Assembly (NCBI GenBank): GCA_016839515.1
Contig: JAEOUE010000132.1
Location: forward strand, 1 to 26,659
From: Candidatus Hodarchaeum mangrovi
Lineage (GTDB): Archaea > Asgardarchaeota > Heimdallarchaeia > Hodarchaeales > Hodarchaeaceae
Direction of reading: 5' to 3'
Length of the DNA stretch: 26,659 nt
Every line of letters starts with the position of its first letter. Position 1 is the first letter of the stretch. The notes under the pieces are model-generated. The model made no database searches. It was given only the letters and a program-made list of their open reading frames with translations, and was not told where the DNA came from. Below are positions 9,401-17,925 of this stretch, in pieces. The position numbers and the translations under genes are program-made.

Positions 9401-10325
9401 GCACCAATTCGTGAATCCCCTCAATATTTCCATCCTTATACATAAAACTGTTCCCTACATCATAATGGTGTCTGCCTCCATCAAAATATATACCGTGTTG
9501 GGAAAAATAAATTCGTCCATAGGAGGCATAGCTGTGTCCTCGTTGCGTATTAGGGCGTTTAATATAACTTTGCAGAGTTCTAGGCCCACGACCAGGATGA
9601 ATCCTTCCTACCCCCGCTTGCAAGGCATGCTGTGCTAATACAGGAAAAAAAGTATCCCCTCCTCTAGTAAATATAATATCAGGATCAATTTGACGAATAT
9701 ATCGAAAGCATTCTTCTAGCATTGTCCCCTCGTCTGGATCTTCAAAAATAACAGGCTCTTCTTCTGAATCAACGATTGATCGTCGGACACTAAGGGCTAA
9801 AAGACGCCCTCGTAATAAATGTTCATTTTCAAATTTTGGTTGTAACCAAAGCGTTCGAAAAGGGACGGTACGGTATTCTTTATCCGTATATTCCTCCAAT
9901 AATCGCCAATTCGGCTGTAGTCGGTTGTTGAAAATTTCGATTTCTGCATAGACATACGGAAAGAGATTCATCTGGAAACAGAAATGCTGGTAGAGACTGA
10001 GATCTGCATTATGCAGATAGTCATCCCAATGTTTTCGCAAATCAAAATAGGTTGATTGCAGATGGTTAGGATTAACCTTGACTTGTAGTACGTCGACCGG
10101 TTTCCAATCATGAATGAATCGAAACCGAGGGACAATATCTACACGATCAATGTGTGAATGGCTGAGTAGCTGAGCTTGGGTTTCACGATCGGCCTTTGTG
10201 ATATAAAATTCAGCCGTGAACGGAAAAAACACCTCAATCGGTTTCACATTGTTTTCAGGTAACCAGTGTAATCGTACACCCCATTCTGTAGGTTCGATAT
10301 CGTGCAGCCATGCATGGAGTTTCAT
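6468..10325 (-). CDS. polB2: Family B DNA polymerase, PolB2 (Dpo2) clade, intein-containing precursor (754 aa after splicing)
   Basis: Motif A YDFLSMYPNIM, motif B RRQKVLKWLLVT|CFGYQGYRNARFGRIEAHEAI and altered motif C GIVDSIWV (for YGDTDS) are PolB2 hallmarks. Also NRYYG and KVRGIE. The exonuclease motifs are degenerate (no ExoI DxE; FTRGGD). Confidence 0.92.
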   Translation of the reverse strand: MKLHAWLHDIEPTEWGVRLHWLPENNVKPIEVFFPFTAEFYITKADRETQAQLLSHSHIDRVDIVPRFRFIHDWKPVDVLQVKVNPNHLQSTYFDLRKHWDDYLHNADLSLYQHFCFQMNLFPYVYAEIEIFNNRLQPNWRLLEEYTDKEYRTVPFRTLWLQPKFENEHLLRGRLLALSVRRSIVDSEEEPVIFEDPDEGTMLEECFRYIRQIDPDIIFTRGGDTFFPVLAQHALQAGVGRIHPGRGPRTLQSYIKRPNTQRGHSYASYGRIYFSQHGIYFDGGRHHYDVGNSFMYKDGNIEGIHELVRLGCSNPQRIARGTIGTTLTAVQMRTAYYQHILIPARKADAEHFRPAWSLASDVGGLVFSPDVGLHLNVTEYDFLSMYPNIMVHRNVSPETVNCSCCQEEAEPVPLTDHTICVRRPGLVSLALENILNRRAYFKSKKREHQRYDRRQKVLKWLLVTCFDSNTILPIYSKSKLRLVRIGSYIDEIITDSTDFEGTAVVGVDKDYKMVLNPVEDVIRVPSPSNLYRIHLDTGREFTVTGDHTCFILDRGILSKRSAATLKKGDFLPVLFSLPSVDPWLEFNVISVLLELLPPSEFDKWRIQGRELIPYIQSKRSEIEAAMKGFHSAGAIRSWLLDGFIPLRYFDILNFPMQLWNKLSVGHGRRVGGKIFWIPAHYTLDADLAFFLGYFIGDGNARQSFIRLSVNAADIDLVNWFDQFFIRRFKLQISNRKESYTAMFTLQINSTALVWILNNVFGIPRNRKSGKHTVPASILNGPEEVVLGFIAGLIASDGDIGTKRNYVRISSRDSSFIEELAYLAARANLYTVFRKSIPRKGSPMYMLLFSGQDTLERLFEKIHLKQVDCVKIKQRIARGSVVRKIAYDIPVKESLLLKLTQKVRTSRTPRVSDRTRVPREIAQMQLENIKGRSDRLSSNEYRQLEGLERLIKSDLGFARVRDIELVPARDKYVYCFSVKNDIHSFIAGTGGILSHNCFGYQGYRNARFGRIEAHEAISAYGRDALTQTQHLVAKNNLKVIAGIVDSIWVKREDDSIPIDSVTISQLREQIEQTVRLPVEHAADYHWIVFLPRRHDPAIGVLNRYYGLRKDGTFKVRGIEIRQSSAPLIIKDFQTQVLKFLASARTQAQFKQRVFKAKKLLIKYKDRLKQEDVALSELMITIHTSRSPDEYVNKSRQAIAAKQFSNLGVNVEPGMKVDFILTDVNAQDPMRRVKIKQLLRGDERYDAEEYCKLLDRAYENLIPPELEEQHVTLELFWNNRKDILVPK
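7341..8933 (-). mobile_element. Intein with LAGLIDADG homing endonuclease (531 aa, precursor residues 465-995)
   Basis: Starts CFDSNT, has block B FTVTGDH, LAGLIDADG motifs LAFFLGYFIGDG and FIAGLIASDG, block F YVYCFSV, and ends ILSHN before Cys+1. Removing it restores KWLLVTCFGY. Confidence 0.95.
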
Positions 10326-10334
10326 TTCATATCC

Positions 10335-10616
10335 TCAGATCGTATCCTGTGAGGATAATAATTCTTTTAGTCGGTTTAATTCACGGTTCAACCTTTGAAT
10401 TTCGACTTGTTGTGCTATTAACATACTCATGACAATGTTATCGTACATAAGAGGTCGTGTATTAGCACTAGCCGCATCAGCCAGCTGAAACGCTTTTTCC
10501 CACAATGTGGTGAAGCCACTTCGATGGGGTTCACGTAATCGTGAAGCAAAATGTTTTTCCCACAAGAAACGTTCTTTTTCAAGCATTCGACGATACGAAG
10601 GTAACGTTCTACCCAT
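10335..10616 (-). CDS. Small helical PolB2-associated protein (arCOG07300-like)
   Basis: The MGRTLPSYR N-terminus, a size of ~90 aa and a position directly upstream of polB2 match the recalled conserved PolB2 partner family. SD GGAGGTGA overlaps the upstream stop codon. Confidence 0.75.
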   Translation of the reverse strand: MGRTLPSYRRMLEKERFLWEKHFASRLREPHRSGFTTLWEKAFQLADAASANTRPLMYDNIVMSMLIAQQVEIQRLNRELNRLKELLSSQDTI

Positions 10617-10620
10617 AAAT

Positions 10621-11427
10621 TCACCTCCAGAAATGAGTCAAAGACATCAGCTGTCTCTCTTCTAGGGGGTCAACAACTTCGACTTGACTCACTGGTCTTT
10701 CAGGATCTTTCAGTAGTTCAAACGAAAATTGCACTTCTTTTCTGTTTGGAGCAGAATGATCGACACGAATAATATTGGTAACGGAATGAGCCAGATAAGT
10801 ACCTCCCAATGCTTTATAGCGAGATTGAGGAGCGTTTGTGGCTGTCATGATGATTACTAGATCATATTGCAGTGCTAGACTCTTTAAAACGCCTAATGAA
10901 GCGTTCAGTTCTGTTAATGAAGATGTAGCTGGTCTTTTATCATATTCCTGATATTGTAATGCTTCTTTTGATAAATAATGAGCAGAAATCTGTGGAATCA
11001 TGATGATGTTAATCTGCTTCCTGCGAATCAGGTCTGGAAGATGGTTTGTTATTATTTCGGTGACTTGATGAAAATTAAATGCACGAGCAAGCTGAATCCT
11101 GTCAAGCACGAGAAGAGGATCTGTCTGATGCCTTCTTGCTCCTTCCCCTATCTCAAAAAACGGAAAAAGGTTTGCACCATCAATAAACGCCATCTGAGAA
11201 TGAGAATTGGTCAGGAGGAGTGAGAGTGTTAGCCTTGTTACAAGAGTACGAAATCCTGAGGTGGATAGGTCGCCCTGAAATAACACAACACTCCCAGGAT
11301 ACAGCCTGGTTAATGCATCAAGAGAGGGGATTCCGAATCGATAGCACTGCTGTAGTTGTTGCCATCTTTCCTCTGCAGAAATGAAATCTTGAGCAGGAGA
11401 TTCCTGCAATTTGTCGATATCTATCAT
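10621..11427 (-). CDS. Inactivated RadA/Rad51-like ATPase (ImuA-analogous) of the PolB2 cassette
   Basis: FGIPSLDAL, AFIDGANLF, LDRIQLARAFNFHQ and ALGGTYLAHSVT parallel RadA motifs. Walker A is degenerate (QGDLSTSGFRT, no GKT). Confidence 0.8.
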   Translation of the reverse strand: MIDIDKLQESPAQDFISAEERWQQLQQCYRFGIPSLDALTRLYPGSVVLFQGDLSTSGFRTLVTRLTLSLLLTNSHSQMAFIDGANLFPFFEIGEGARRHQTDPLLVLDRIQLARAFNFHQVTEIITNHLPDLIRRKQINIIMIPQISAHYLSKEALQYQEYDKRPATSSLTELNASLGVLKSLALQYDLVIIMTATNAPQSRYKALGGTYLAHSVTNIIRVDHSAPNRKEVQFSFELLKDPERPVSQVEVVDPLEERQLMSLTHFWR

Positions 11428-11583
11428 TTTCTCTCAGGATTATTTGGACTCTGACCACTCTAATGAATCACGAGCTCAGAGAGGCCACCGAAAATGACAA
11501 AAGGAGTTTATTTGAAATGAAAAATCAAGCGGAAGCGACTTAATTCTCGAAAAATATGAATCTGACGTGTTAAGGGAAAGTAA

Positions 11584-12351
11584 ATGGTACACCAAAATAG
11601 CGTGCTTTTATTTCAAGAATTGACTCATAACGCTTGGCCTTGTCGACAGCACTTGCTACTCAATGGATGGATATTACGTATCTCTGAGGGTTATACACAG
11701 CGTGCAAACAGTGTTCTGCCCCTCCATTATCATGGTACTGATCCTGTAGCAGACATTCATATTGCAGAGGTAGTATATCAAAAGACACAATTGTCTAAGA
11801 TTATCTTTCAGATTCCTGATTGTGTAGCTCCTCCTAGTCTAGATGAAGTATTAGCCACCATAGGTTATGAAAAAAAATCAAAGACCATTGTAATGACAAA
11901 AACACTCGATAATCAAGTGGTGACTAAGACCATTCGTGATGACCTTCGTTATGAGTGCGATCAGAACCATGTACGCTGGCTCAATTTCAAAAAGATGTGT
12001 TCAATGGATATGAATACATATAACCCACTTCTTGAAAAAATCATAGAGCGGATAGTGAATCCTGCTCCTAGATTCTTTTATACGATTGCGAATAAGGAGA
12101 TTATAGGAGGACTATTGGGAGTTGTTGAACGTGGTTATATTGGACTTTTTGGTCTCGAAGTCAGTCCACACCACCGTAGAAAACATGTTGCATTGTCATT
12201 AATGCAATATATAATCGAATGGTGTAAAACTAATCAGGTACACACTATCTATTTACAAGTAGAAGAGGTAAATAACCCTGCACTAGTTCTATACCAGAAA
12301 TTAGGGTTCATTCCAGCATATTCTTATCACTATCGGACTAAAAAACTCTAA
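11584..12351 (+). CDS. GNAT family N-acetyltransferase (tandem GNAT fold)
   Basis: GWILRISEGYTQRANSV N-terminal signature; LEVSPHHRRKHVA and YLQVEEVNNPALVLYQKLGF. Confidence 0.88.
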   Translation: MVHQNSVLLFQELTHNAWPCRQHLLLNGWILRISEGYTQRANSVLPLHYHGTDPVADIHIAEVVYQKTQLSKIIFQIPDCVAPPSLDEVLATIGYEKKSKTIVMTKTLDNQVVTKTIRDDLRYECDQNHVRWLNFKKMCSMDMNTYNPLLEKIIERIVNPAPRFFYTIANKEIIGGLLGVVERGYIGLFGLEVSPHHRRKHVALSLMQYIIEWCKTNQVHTIYLQVEEVNNPALVLYQKLGFIPAYSYHYRTKKL

Positions 12352-12611
12352 AGATCCGAGTAATTATGACTTTAGATCTTGCCTAAATTTAATTTTTAAT
12401 ATTCCTTTTCCTAGATTCAAGTTTCGATATAGGGTTATGAAAAGAAACATTCCGAACTAGGAGTGTTTTTCTGTTGGTTTGTATATACAAATGTTTTTTT
12501 ATTTAATGGATGCATTATTTAATGGTTGTACTATAAAGGGGCTAGAAGTTCTTCGGTTACGTAGTGAATCAGTAAATCATTATCTATAAGTTTATAGAGG
12601 CGCCTTTTACC

Positions 12612-15600
12612 ATGGATAAAAAGATCCGCTTACTGAAAAGAACATTTCTTCTTCTTAATCTCATAGAAATACCTAAAAGCATTGTATCAAGACGATTAAC
12701 TATTTTCAATAATTTTGAAAAAAATAAATCTGCTTTTGAGGATGAAGAATTAGTAAATTGGTATGGGGAAGTCTTAGGTAAAGGAAAAAATTTTACCAAA
12801 GATAATCTAACTGCTCAAATAGTATTTAATTTTATTAATGAGCATGAGGAACTGTGGGAAGAAACATTTAAATTAGAAGATATTTCAGCAGTTACAAAGA
12901 TAGAAATACCCCAAGATATCCCAAAGCGATTTCAACTCGTATTAGAACGAAATAAATATACTCCTCAACCACTTTCTGAAACAAATAGTATGGTAAAAAA
13001 CGTTTTTACAGCCTTAACCAGAAATTCCAAGTTTGAATATTCTATTATTGATTTTGAGAAAGAAATACTCTATAAATTAGAAGGTTGTGAACAGCTTTCG
13101 CACCCAGAATTAATCGAAGAGGCAGTTAAAGCATATGAAACTACTGTGTACAAAGAAGATGGAATGAACAGCTACCGATTTTTATTTGAAGAATTTAAAG
13201 TGAAGCAAAAAGAATTTGAACTCCTGGGTATCAATTTCATTTATCCTCAAATGAAAATGGATCATGCATCAAAGGATAAGGTTTCTGTTTTAATGGGGGC
13301 GTCACTTCTGGCTTTTAAAACTTTTGGAGGAATTTTTGAGTTAAAAAGAGTAATTCGAACCGCAAATCGTGTCGCAAACGTTGCGTTTACAGAGGAAGAG
13401 GTACACGAATTTTTTAAAGCGTACTTAGAGGGATTATTGGATTTAATCTTATTGAAAGGACCAGAAAACAAGGGATCTTATCTATTAACAATTGAGAGAA
13501 CAATTGATTATAATTTTCAACTAGATAATTTCGCAATTTATCCAAATATCGAATTTTTTACAAGTGAATTGACCTCCATCTCACAACGATTACTTGGAAT
13601 TTTAGTACGAGCTAAAATATTAGAATGGACTAAAAATGTTCAAATTGGAGAAGAAAGAACCCTTTTAGATCTTCTAAAAGATTTCCAAAATCACTTAGGA
13701 TTAATTTTACCATCATCAAAACAATTACTTTCTTTTCAAGAAATGTTTGAGAATACTGATTTAAACCTAATCGAATCTGCGATTGAATTCTTTTCAAAAG
13801 AGCTAACTTATTCGTTTCTTCTAGCAGTAAATAAAGGGGGAATAGAAAATTCGTTGTTGGAAGCTATTAAAAATCTTAGTGGGGCTCCAAGAGGATTAGG
13901 CAATCAAATATTGAGTATAAAGAAATATTATCAAAGGGTTTTCCCAGATTCTTGGCCGAAACAGTTCTTTTATGGTTATATAATTAAAACAGCTAGTAAG
14001 GGATTGTCAACTTCAACTAAACGAACTGTTACAGAAAGACTGAACTTAATGGTTGCGGAAGATCCTAGACCAATAAGGGGAGCAATGAGTTTTGGTCCGA
14101 GGAAAACAGGTGATAAAATTAAGTCTGATGTAATCTATGAGAGATTACGAAAAATTCCTTTTATCAATCCTCTTTTTACTACTGCTGATGAAGCTCAAAA
14201 TTACTTGAAGCTTTCTTTTTTAGCTATAAGATTGGAAATAAGCAAAGCATGGATCAAAGACATTCTAAGAAAAGGATTCGAATTATATATAGAACAACCT
14301 GTAAAACAAGCATGGCTAAACGAAATGGAGGATTTATCGAGAGAAATCATCCGGTATTATCAGGATCTCGTTGCATTAGATCGTTCAACACTTGAGATCA
14401 ATGAATTAGTTGTTGAAAGCCTGCGTGAATCCTTCAATATACCCTCACTTGATTCCATTCCTCGTGGCAAAAAGGATAGTGAAGTCCTTTCTATGTTTAT
14501 TAAATTACCAGAAAATCATGAACTGTCAGATCGTGAGGGAGTGGAACATTATCTAAATTCAGCGTTCAATTTTAGTAAAAAAATAATTAACTCATTAATA
14601 AACCGAGAGGTGGAGGAAGAAGTTGACAGAAAAACATTTGATGAAGAGATTGAGGAACGAACTAAGCTAGATAAAATAGTTATAGATTGGTACATCCGCG
14701 CTAGTCATGTTTATAGTGAGATAATTGACATTTCCCTTGGTTTGGAAAGAACATCTGATCCAGATGATCTTTTATTAAAAACATTGTACGGAGGGGTAAT
14801 TTTTCTTGTAGAGGAAGGAATGAAAGGATTGGTTCTTAAGAAAGAAGAAAAAATCCAAAAAGGATTATTCCTTCGTGATCTTTTGTCAAAACAACTTCAC
14901 TCCATCAAAGAGTGCATTGAGATCTTACAAGTCCCTTATACTGTTGAAATGATATTAAATTTTCTAATTGATCAAATTGAGCTATTTAATCAATCATATA
15001 ATATAAGAGGAATTATTTCCAAACTAGAATCCGATAATCGTCTTCAAAAGGCTTTACCTCGGTCAAATAGATCTTCAGTTTTGAATGAACCAAGTATCCT
15101 GTCGCTTATTGCCAGAGAATTTATTACTAGTTTGATTAAAAAATGGGCAAACTCAACAATCAACATTGTAGAAATAATCGTAAAGATCCTTGAGCTAAAA
15201 GAAGAAGTTGATGAAGAAAGAGAACAAAAAATTCTTCAAATGTTCTTCTATGGTACAGGAAGAAATGATATTAGAAATTTTATTTATCCATTTATTGTAG
15301 GTAATGTTCGCCATATTTCTAGATTTGAAACTGCATCAATGATTGATGAGCTGCATGAATATACATTGGAGGTCTTTCCAGAAGCTGTTCAATGTGATGC
15401 CCAAATTGCTATGAATATTTTATCGAAAGCACTTTCAGAAGAAGGTGAATTAAGCCAAACATCGACTAAAAGACAGGGAAATTTAGATTTAATCTATTAC
15501 TTAGGCAGTTCAATCCAAAGTTGTAATAATATACTAAACCTTTACCCATTCAGTGAAGGACTGAACTTCTCTCTTAGTGATGTAGTGAAAAAAGCAACAG

Positions 15601-16535
15601 GATTAAGTCTATTAGGGCTAAATCTGGAAACAATTGTATTTCAATTAGATGATTCTAATCTCTCCTCAATAGCTAGCTATGTTGAAAATCCTTATGAAGG
15701 ATCACAAATAACGGGGTTAACTCTAGAACTGATAACAAAAGAAAATATTCCTTTAGGAACATTAAATCCATTATCTAAAAATGCCTCTCAAGTTCTATCA
15801 GGGTTAATAGATAGAAATCAAAAAAATCTGGACTCTCCAGATAATTTGTATAAAGAGATACTTATACAACTATTAAATGAAGCAGAACTTCTATTAATGA
15901 GTGGCATTGCAACAGAAGAGGATCTTTTCAGTTCAATACAATCTTCAAAGTCTGAGCTGAGATTAATGCATAATGTTTCTCAATCAACTTTACGTGTTAC
16001 AACAGCATATCGTATGAAGCTACAACAGATAATACATGGGCAAATGACTTACATAATCCCTGATATTATCGAATTCTGGGGGGAGAATATTAAGTCTTTT
16101 AGTGCTTTTGCACAATTAGTGGTTCCTTTTTTAGATCCTGCTCAAGAAATAAAAGAAAAACTTCAAAAAAATAGTAAACAGTTTACTTTCCTTAATAATA
16201 TGGATATTCAGTTTATTAATAATAAATTCATGTATCCATCTCTTCTTATATTTGATGATAATGGACGATATAAAGTAATATTCATTCATTATGTAGCTCC
16301 TGATTATATTCTTATTTTAATTGCTCAAGAAGAAATGAAATCGAAGATGGGATTACGCACAATTCAGTATTTATTAAAAACACGATATAATTTCTTTGAA
16401 GAGCTTGTAGCGGACTTTAACTTATTACCATTAAACGAATTAAATCAATGTTTTCCATTAAACAAAATTCGGGTAATGAAAGGAAATAAACTCGATAGTC
16501 AACTAATTCAAAATATTAGCTTTGGAGCAATTTAA
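12612..16535 (+). CDS. Large helical hypothetical protein (1307 aa) with a putative C-terminal roadblock/LAMTOR-like domain
   Basis: A long E/K/L/I-rich ORF with no transmembrane segments or enzyme motifs seen. The C-terminal LLIFDDNGRYKVIFIHYVAPDYILILIAQEEMKSKMGLRTIQYLLK follows the roadblock beta3-beta4-beta5-(GL)-helix pattern. The CDS is secure; the domain call is tentative. Confidence 0.6.
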   Translation: MDKKIRLLKRTFLLLNLIEIPKSIVSRRLTIFNNFEKNKSAFEDEELVNWYGEVLGKGKNFTKDNLTAQIVFNFINEHEELWEETFKLEDISAVTKIEIPQDIPKRFQLVLERNKYTPQPLSETNSMVKNVFTALTRNSKFEYSIIDFEKEILYKLEGCEQLSHPELIEEAVKAYETTVYKEDGMNSYRFLFEEFKVKQKEFELLGINFIYPQMKMDHASKDKVSVLMGASLLAFKTFGGIFELKRVIRTANRVANVAFTEEEVHEFFKAYLEGLLDLILLKGPENKGSYLLTIERTIDYNFQLDNFAIYPNIEFFTSELTSISQRLLGILVRAKILEWTKNVQIGEERTLLDLLKDFQNHLGLILPSSKQLLSFQEMFENTDLNLIESAIEFFSKELTYSFLLAVNKGGIENSLLEAIKNLSGAPRGLGNQILSIKKYYQRVFPDSWPKQFFYGYIIKTASKGLSTSTKRTVTERLNLMVAEDPRPIRGAMSFGPRKTGDKIKSDVIYERLRKIPFINPLFTTADEAQNYLKLSFLAIRLEISKAWIKDILRKGFELYIEQPVKQAWLNEMEDLSREIIRYYQDLVALDRSTLEINELVVESLRESFNIPSLDSIPRGKKDSEVLSMFIKLPENHELSDREGVEHYLNSAFNFSKKIINSLINREVEEEVDRKTFDEEIEERTKLDKIVIDWYIRASHVYSEIIDISLGLERTSDPDDLLLKTLYGGVIFLVEEGMKGLVLKKEEKIQKGLFLRDLLSKQLHSIKECIEILQVPYTVEMILNFLIDQIELFNQSYNIRGIISKLESDNRLQKALPRSNRSSVLNEPSILSLIAREFITSLIKKWANSTINIVEIIVKILELKEEVDEEREQKILQMFFYGTGRNDIRNFIYPFIVGNVRHISRFETASMIDELHEYTLEVFPEAVQCDAQIAMNILSKALSEEGELSQTSTKRQGNLDLIYYLGSSIQSCNNILNLYPFSEGLNFSLSDVVKKATGLSLLGLNLETIVFQLDDSNLSSIASYVENPYEGSQITGLTLELITKENIPLGTLNPLSKNASQVLSGLIDRNQKNLDSPDNLYKEILIQLLNEAELLLMSGIATEEDLFSSIQSSKSELRLMHNVSQSTLRVTTAYRMKLQQIIHGQMTYIIPDIIEFWGENIKSFSAFAQLVVPFLDPAQEIKEKLQKNSKQFTFLNNMDIQFINNKFMYPSLLIFDDNGRYKVIFIHYVAPDYILILIAQEEMKSKMGLRTIQYLLKTRYNFFEELVADFNLLPLNELNQCFPLNKIRVMKGNKLDSQLIQNISFGAI

Positions 16536-17901
16536 TTTGAATGATTCTAAATCCCTAAAGGAATTTCATTTTACTGGTTTTCAACCCAAGCAAGTAGACC
16601 TGAAAGATATGCAGGATCGCTCGTTGAAGAAAATAATCTTAATAGGAGATGGGATGTCAGGTAAAACACAAATTATCTTAACCTTCGGACAATTAGTTAT
16701 TAATTATCTTAAAAAAATATTCCAAAATCAAAGTGAAAGTTACAGAGATAGAATATTTTTAGGGAAAGCTGAAGTAGCTCTTGGTTCTTTTGAAGAAGAA
16801 CTAACTCCTGAATTTTTAGCATGGGTAGAAAAAAACGGTTTTATCGTACAGTATGGAAGAGTTTCTTGGGACCTAGTTAAAAACATTAGTTTAGATACTG
16901 AAACTATTGGTTTTGAAGATTTTAAAATGATTTTCCCTTATATCTGGAGAGGACAAACGTTTCGTGTAAGCATTGAGGGGGTAGATGTGGGAGGTCAGAA
17001 TATTTATGATCACTTTCGGAGTGTAATGGGAAAATTAGCAGGAAAAAATGATTTAGTATTAGTCATCTTTGATAAGTCAAGAGCTTTTTCTTGTTGGAAT
17101 AGTATTGAACAGATCAAAAAGCTTTTGGATGAAAAATCTGGTACAACAGAACATGTTCCGACTATCCTATATGTCGCAAATAAGGTAGATATAGAAGAGC
17201 ACATACGGTCTCAAAAATGGCGATCAGAAACTCAAAGAGCACTCATAGATATGGTCAAATTGGCACTGAATTATGGAAAGGGGAGTTATTCTTTACCATC
17301 ACTTGTATCAAAAAGCAGACAGGAAATCAAGTTTACATTCCAAATACTTAATGATTCACTGCCTTTCCCTGATTTTGAAGCTTTTATCTATAATGTAATT
17401 AGAAAAAATGACTTTTCTTACCCGAATACGATGACTGATGTCAATACAAGAGCTATTGCCAGAGAGATAGCTGCTCAAATTGTTTTTGATCAAAAAGTCG
17501 TACATAACCAGTCTGATACTTTTATGATCTCAGTTATGGAAGATTTTGGGTCTTTATTATTCCAAAGAAGACCGCTAGCTCTTCAATATGGTGGTGCAAT
17601 CGAATATACAAGTGAAAAAAGCGAAAGAGATCCATTTCTAAGAGTAAGAGAAAAATGGAATAATTATACTTGTACTCTATCATCTTTAAATTCAGAAAGT
17701 ATTGATTCTGCGATCAAGGCTACTGGAAATGCGAGAGTATTTCTAGCACAAATGGGTACATTTTATTCGACAAATGCGCTTAATGGTTTAGGGATTATTG
17801 AGCTATTTGAAACTATTATAAAGAAAAAATTAGAAGAAAATGTAGTAATATCCACTGATAGACCAGAAGGAGTCATTAGAAGAAAAATTAAACGATTTTA
17901 A
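16522..17901 (+). CDS. Ras-superfamily GTPase with two large insertions and a polybasic C-terminus
   Basis: G1 GDGMSGKT (aa 42-49), G2 ETIGF (T128), G3 DVGGQ (155-159), G4 NKVD (220-223), G5-like TNALNGLGIIELF (from 417), tail RRKIKRF. The start is TTG 16522 (14-bp overlap with the upstream gene) or ATG 16609. Confidence 0.85.
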   Translation: MEQFNLNDSKSLKEFHFTGFQPKQVDLKDMQDRSLKKIILIGDGMSGKTQIILTFGQLVINYLKKIFQNQSESYRDRIFLGKAEVALGSFEEELTPEFLAWVEKNGFIVQYGRVSWDLVKNISLDTETIGFEDFKMIFPYIWRGQTFRVSIEGVDVGGQNIYDHFRSVMGKLAGKNDLVLVIFDKSRAFSCWNSIEQIKKLLDEKSGTTEHVPTILYVANKVDIEEHIRSQKWRSETQRALIDMVKLALNYGKGSYSLPSLVSKSRQEIKFTFQILNDSLPFPDFEAFIYNVIRKNDFSYPNTMTDVNTRAIAREIAAQIVFDQKVVHNQSDTFMISVMEDFGSLLFQRRPLALQYGGAIEYTSEKSERDPFLRVREKWNNYTCTLSSLNSESIDSAIKATGNARVFLAQMGTFYSTNALNGLGIIELFETIIKKKLEENVVISTDRPEGVIRRKIKRF

Positions 17902-17925
17902 CAATATTGGGGCTGTTTCTTAATT

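Noticed and set aside
6468-11427. Casposon, provirus or other self-synthesising element built around the family B polymerase
   Set aside because: The polymerase has PolB2 motifs, not protein-primed ones, and there is no Cas1, integrase, capsid gene or terminal inverted repeat.
11428-11583. Sulfolobus-type UV-responsive ANTTTC box upstream of the PolB2 cassette
   Set aside because: A match exists on the minus strand near 11490, but a degenerate 6-mer is expected by chance in AT-rich DNA.
16522-17901. Calling the GTPase a true heterotrimeric G-alpha ortholog
   Set aside because: The G1-G2 insert is about half the G-alpha helical domain, the switch I catalytic Arg is absent (LDTETIG), and DVGGQ is shared with Arf-like proteins. 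Only the architectural parallel is supportable.
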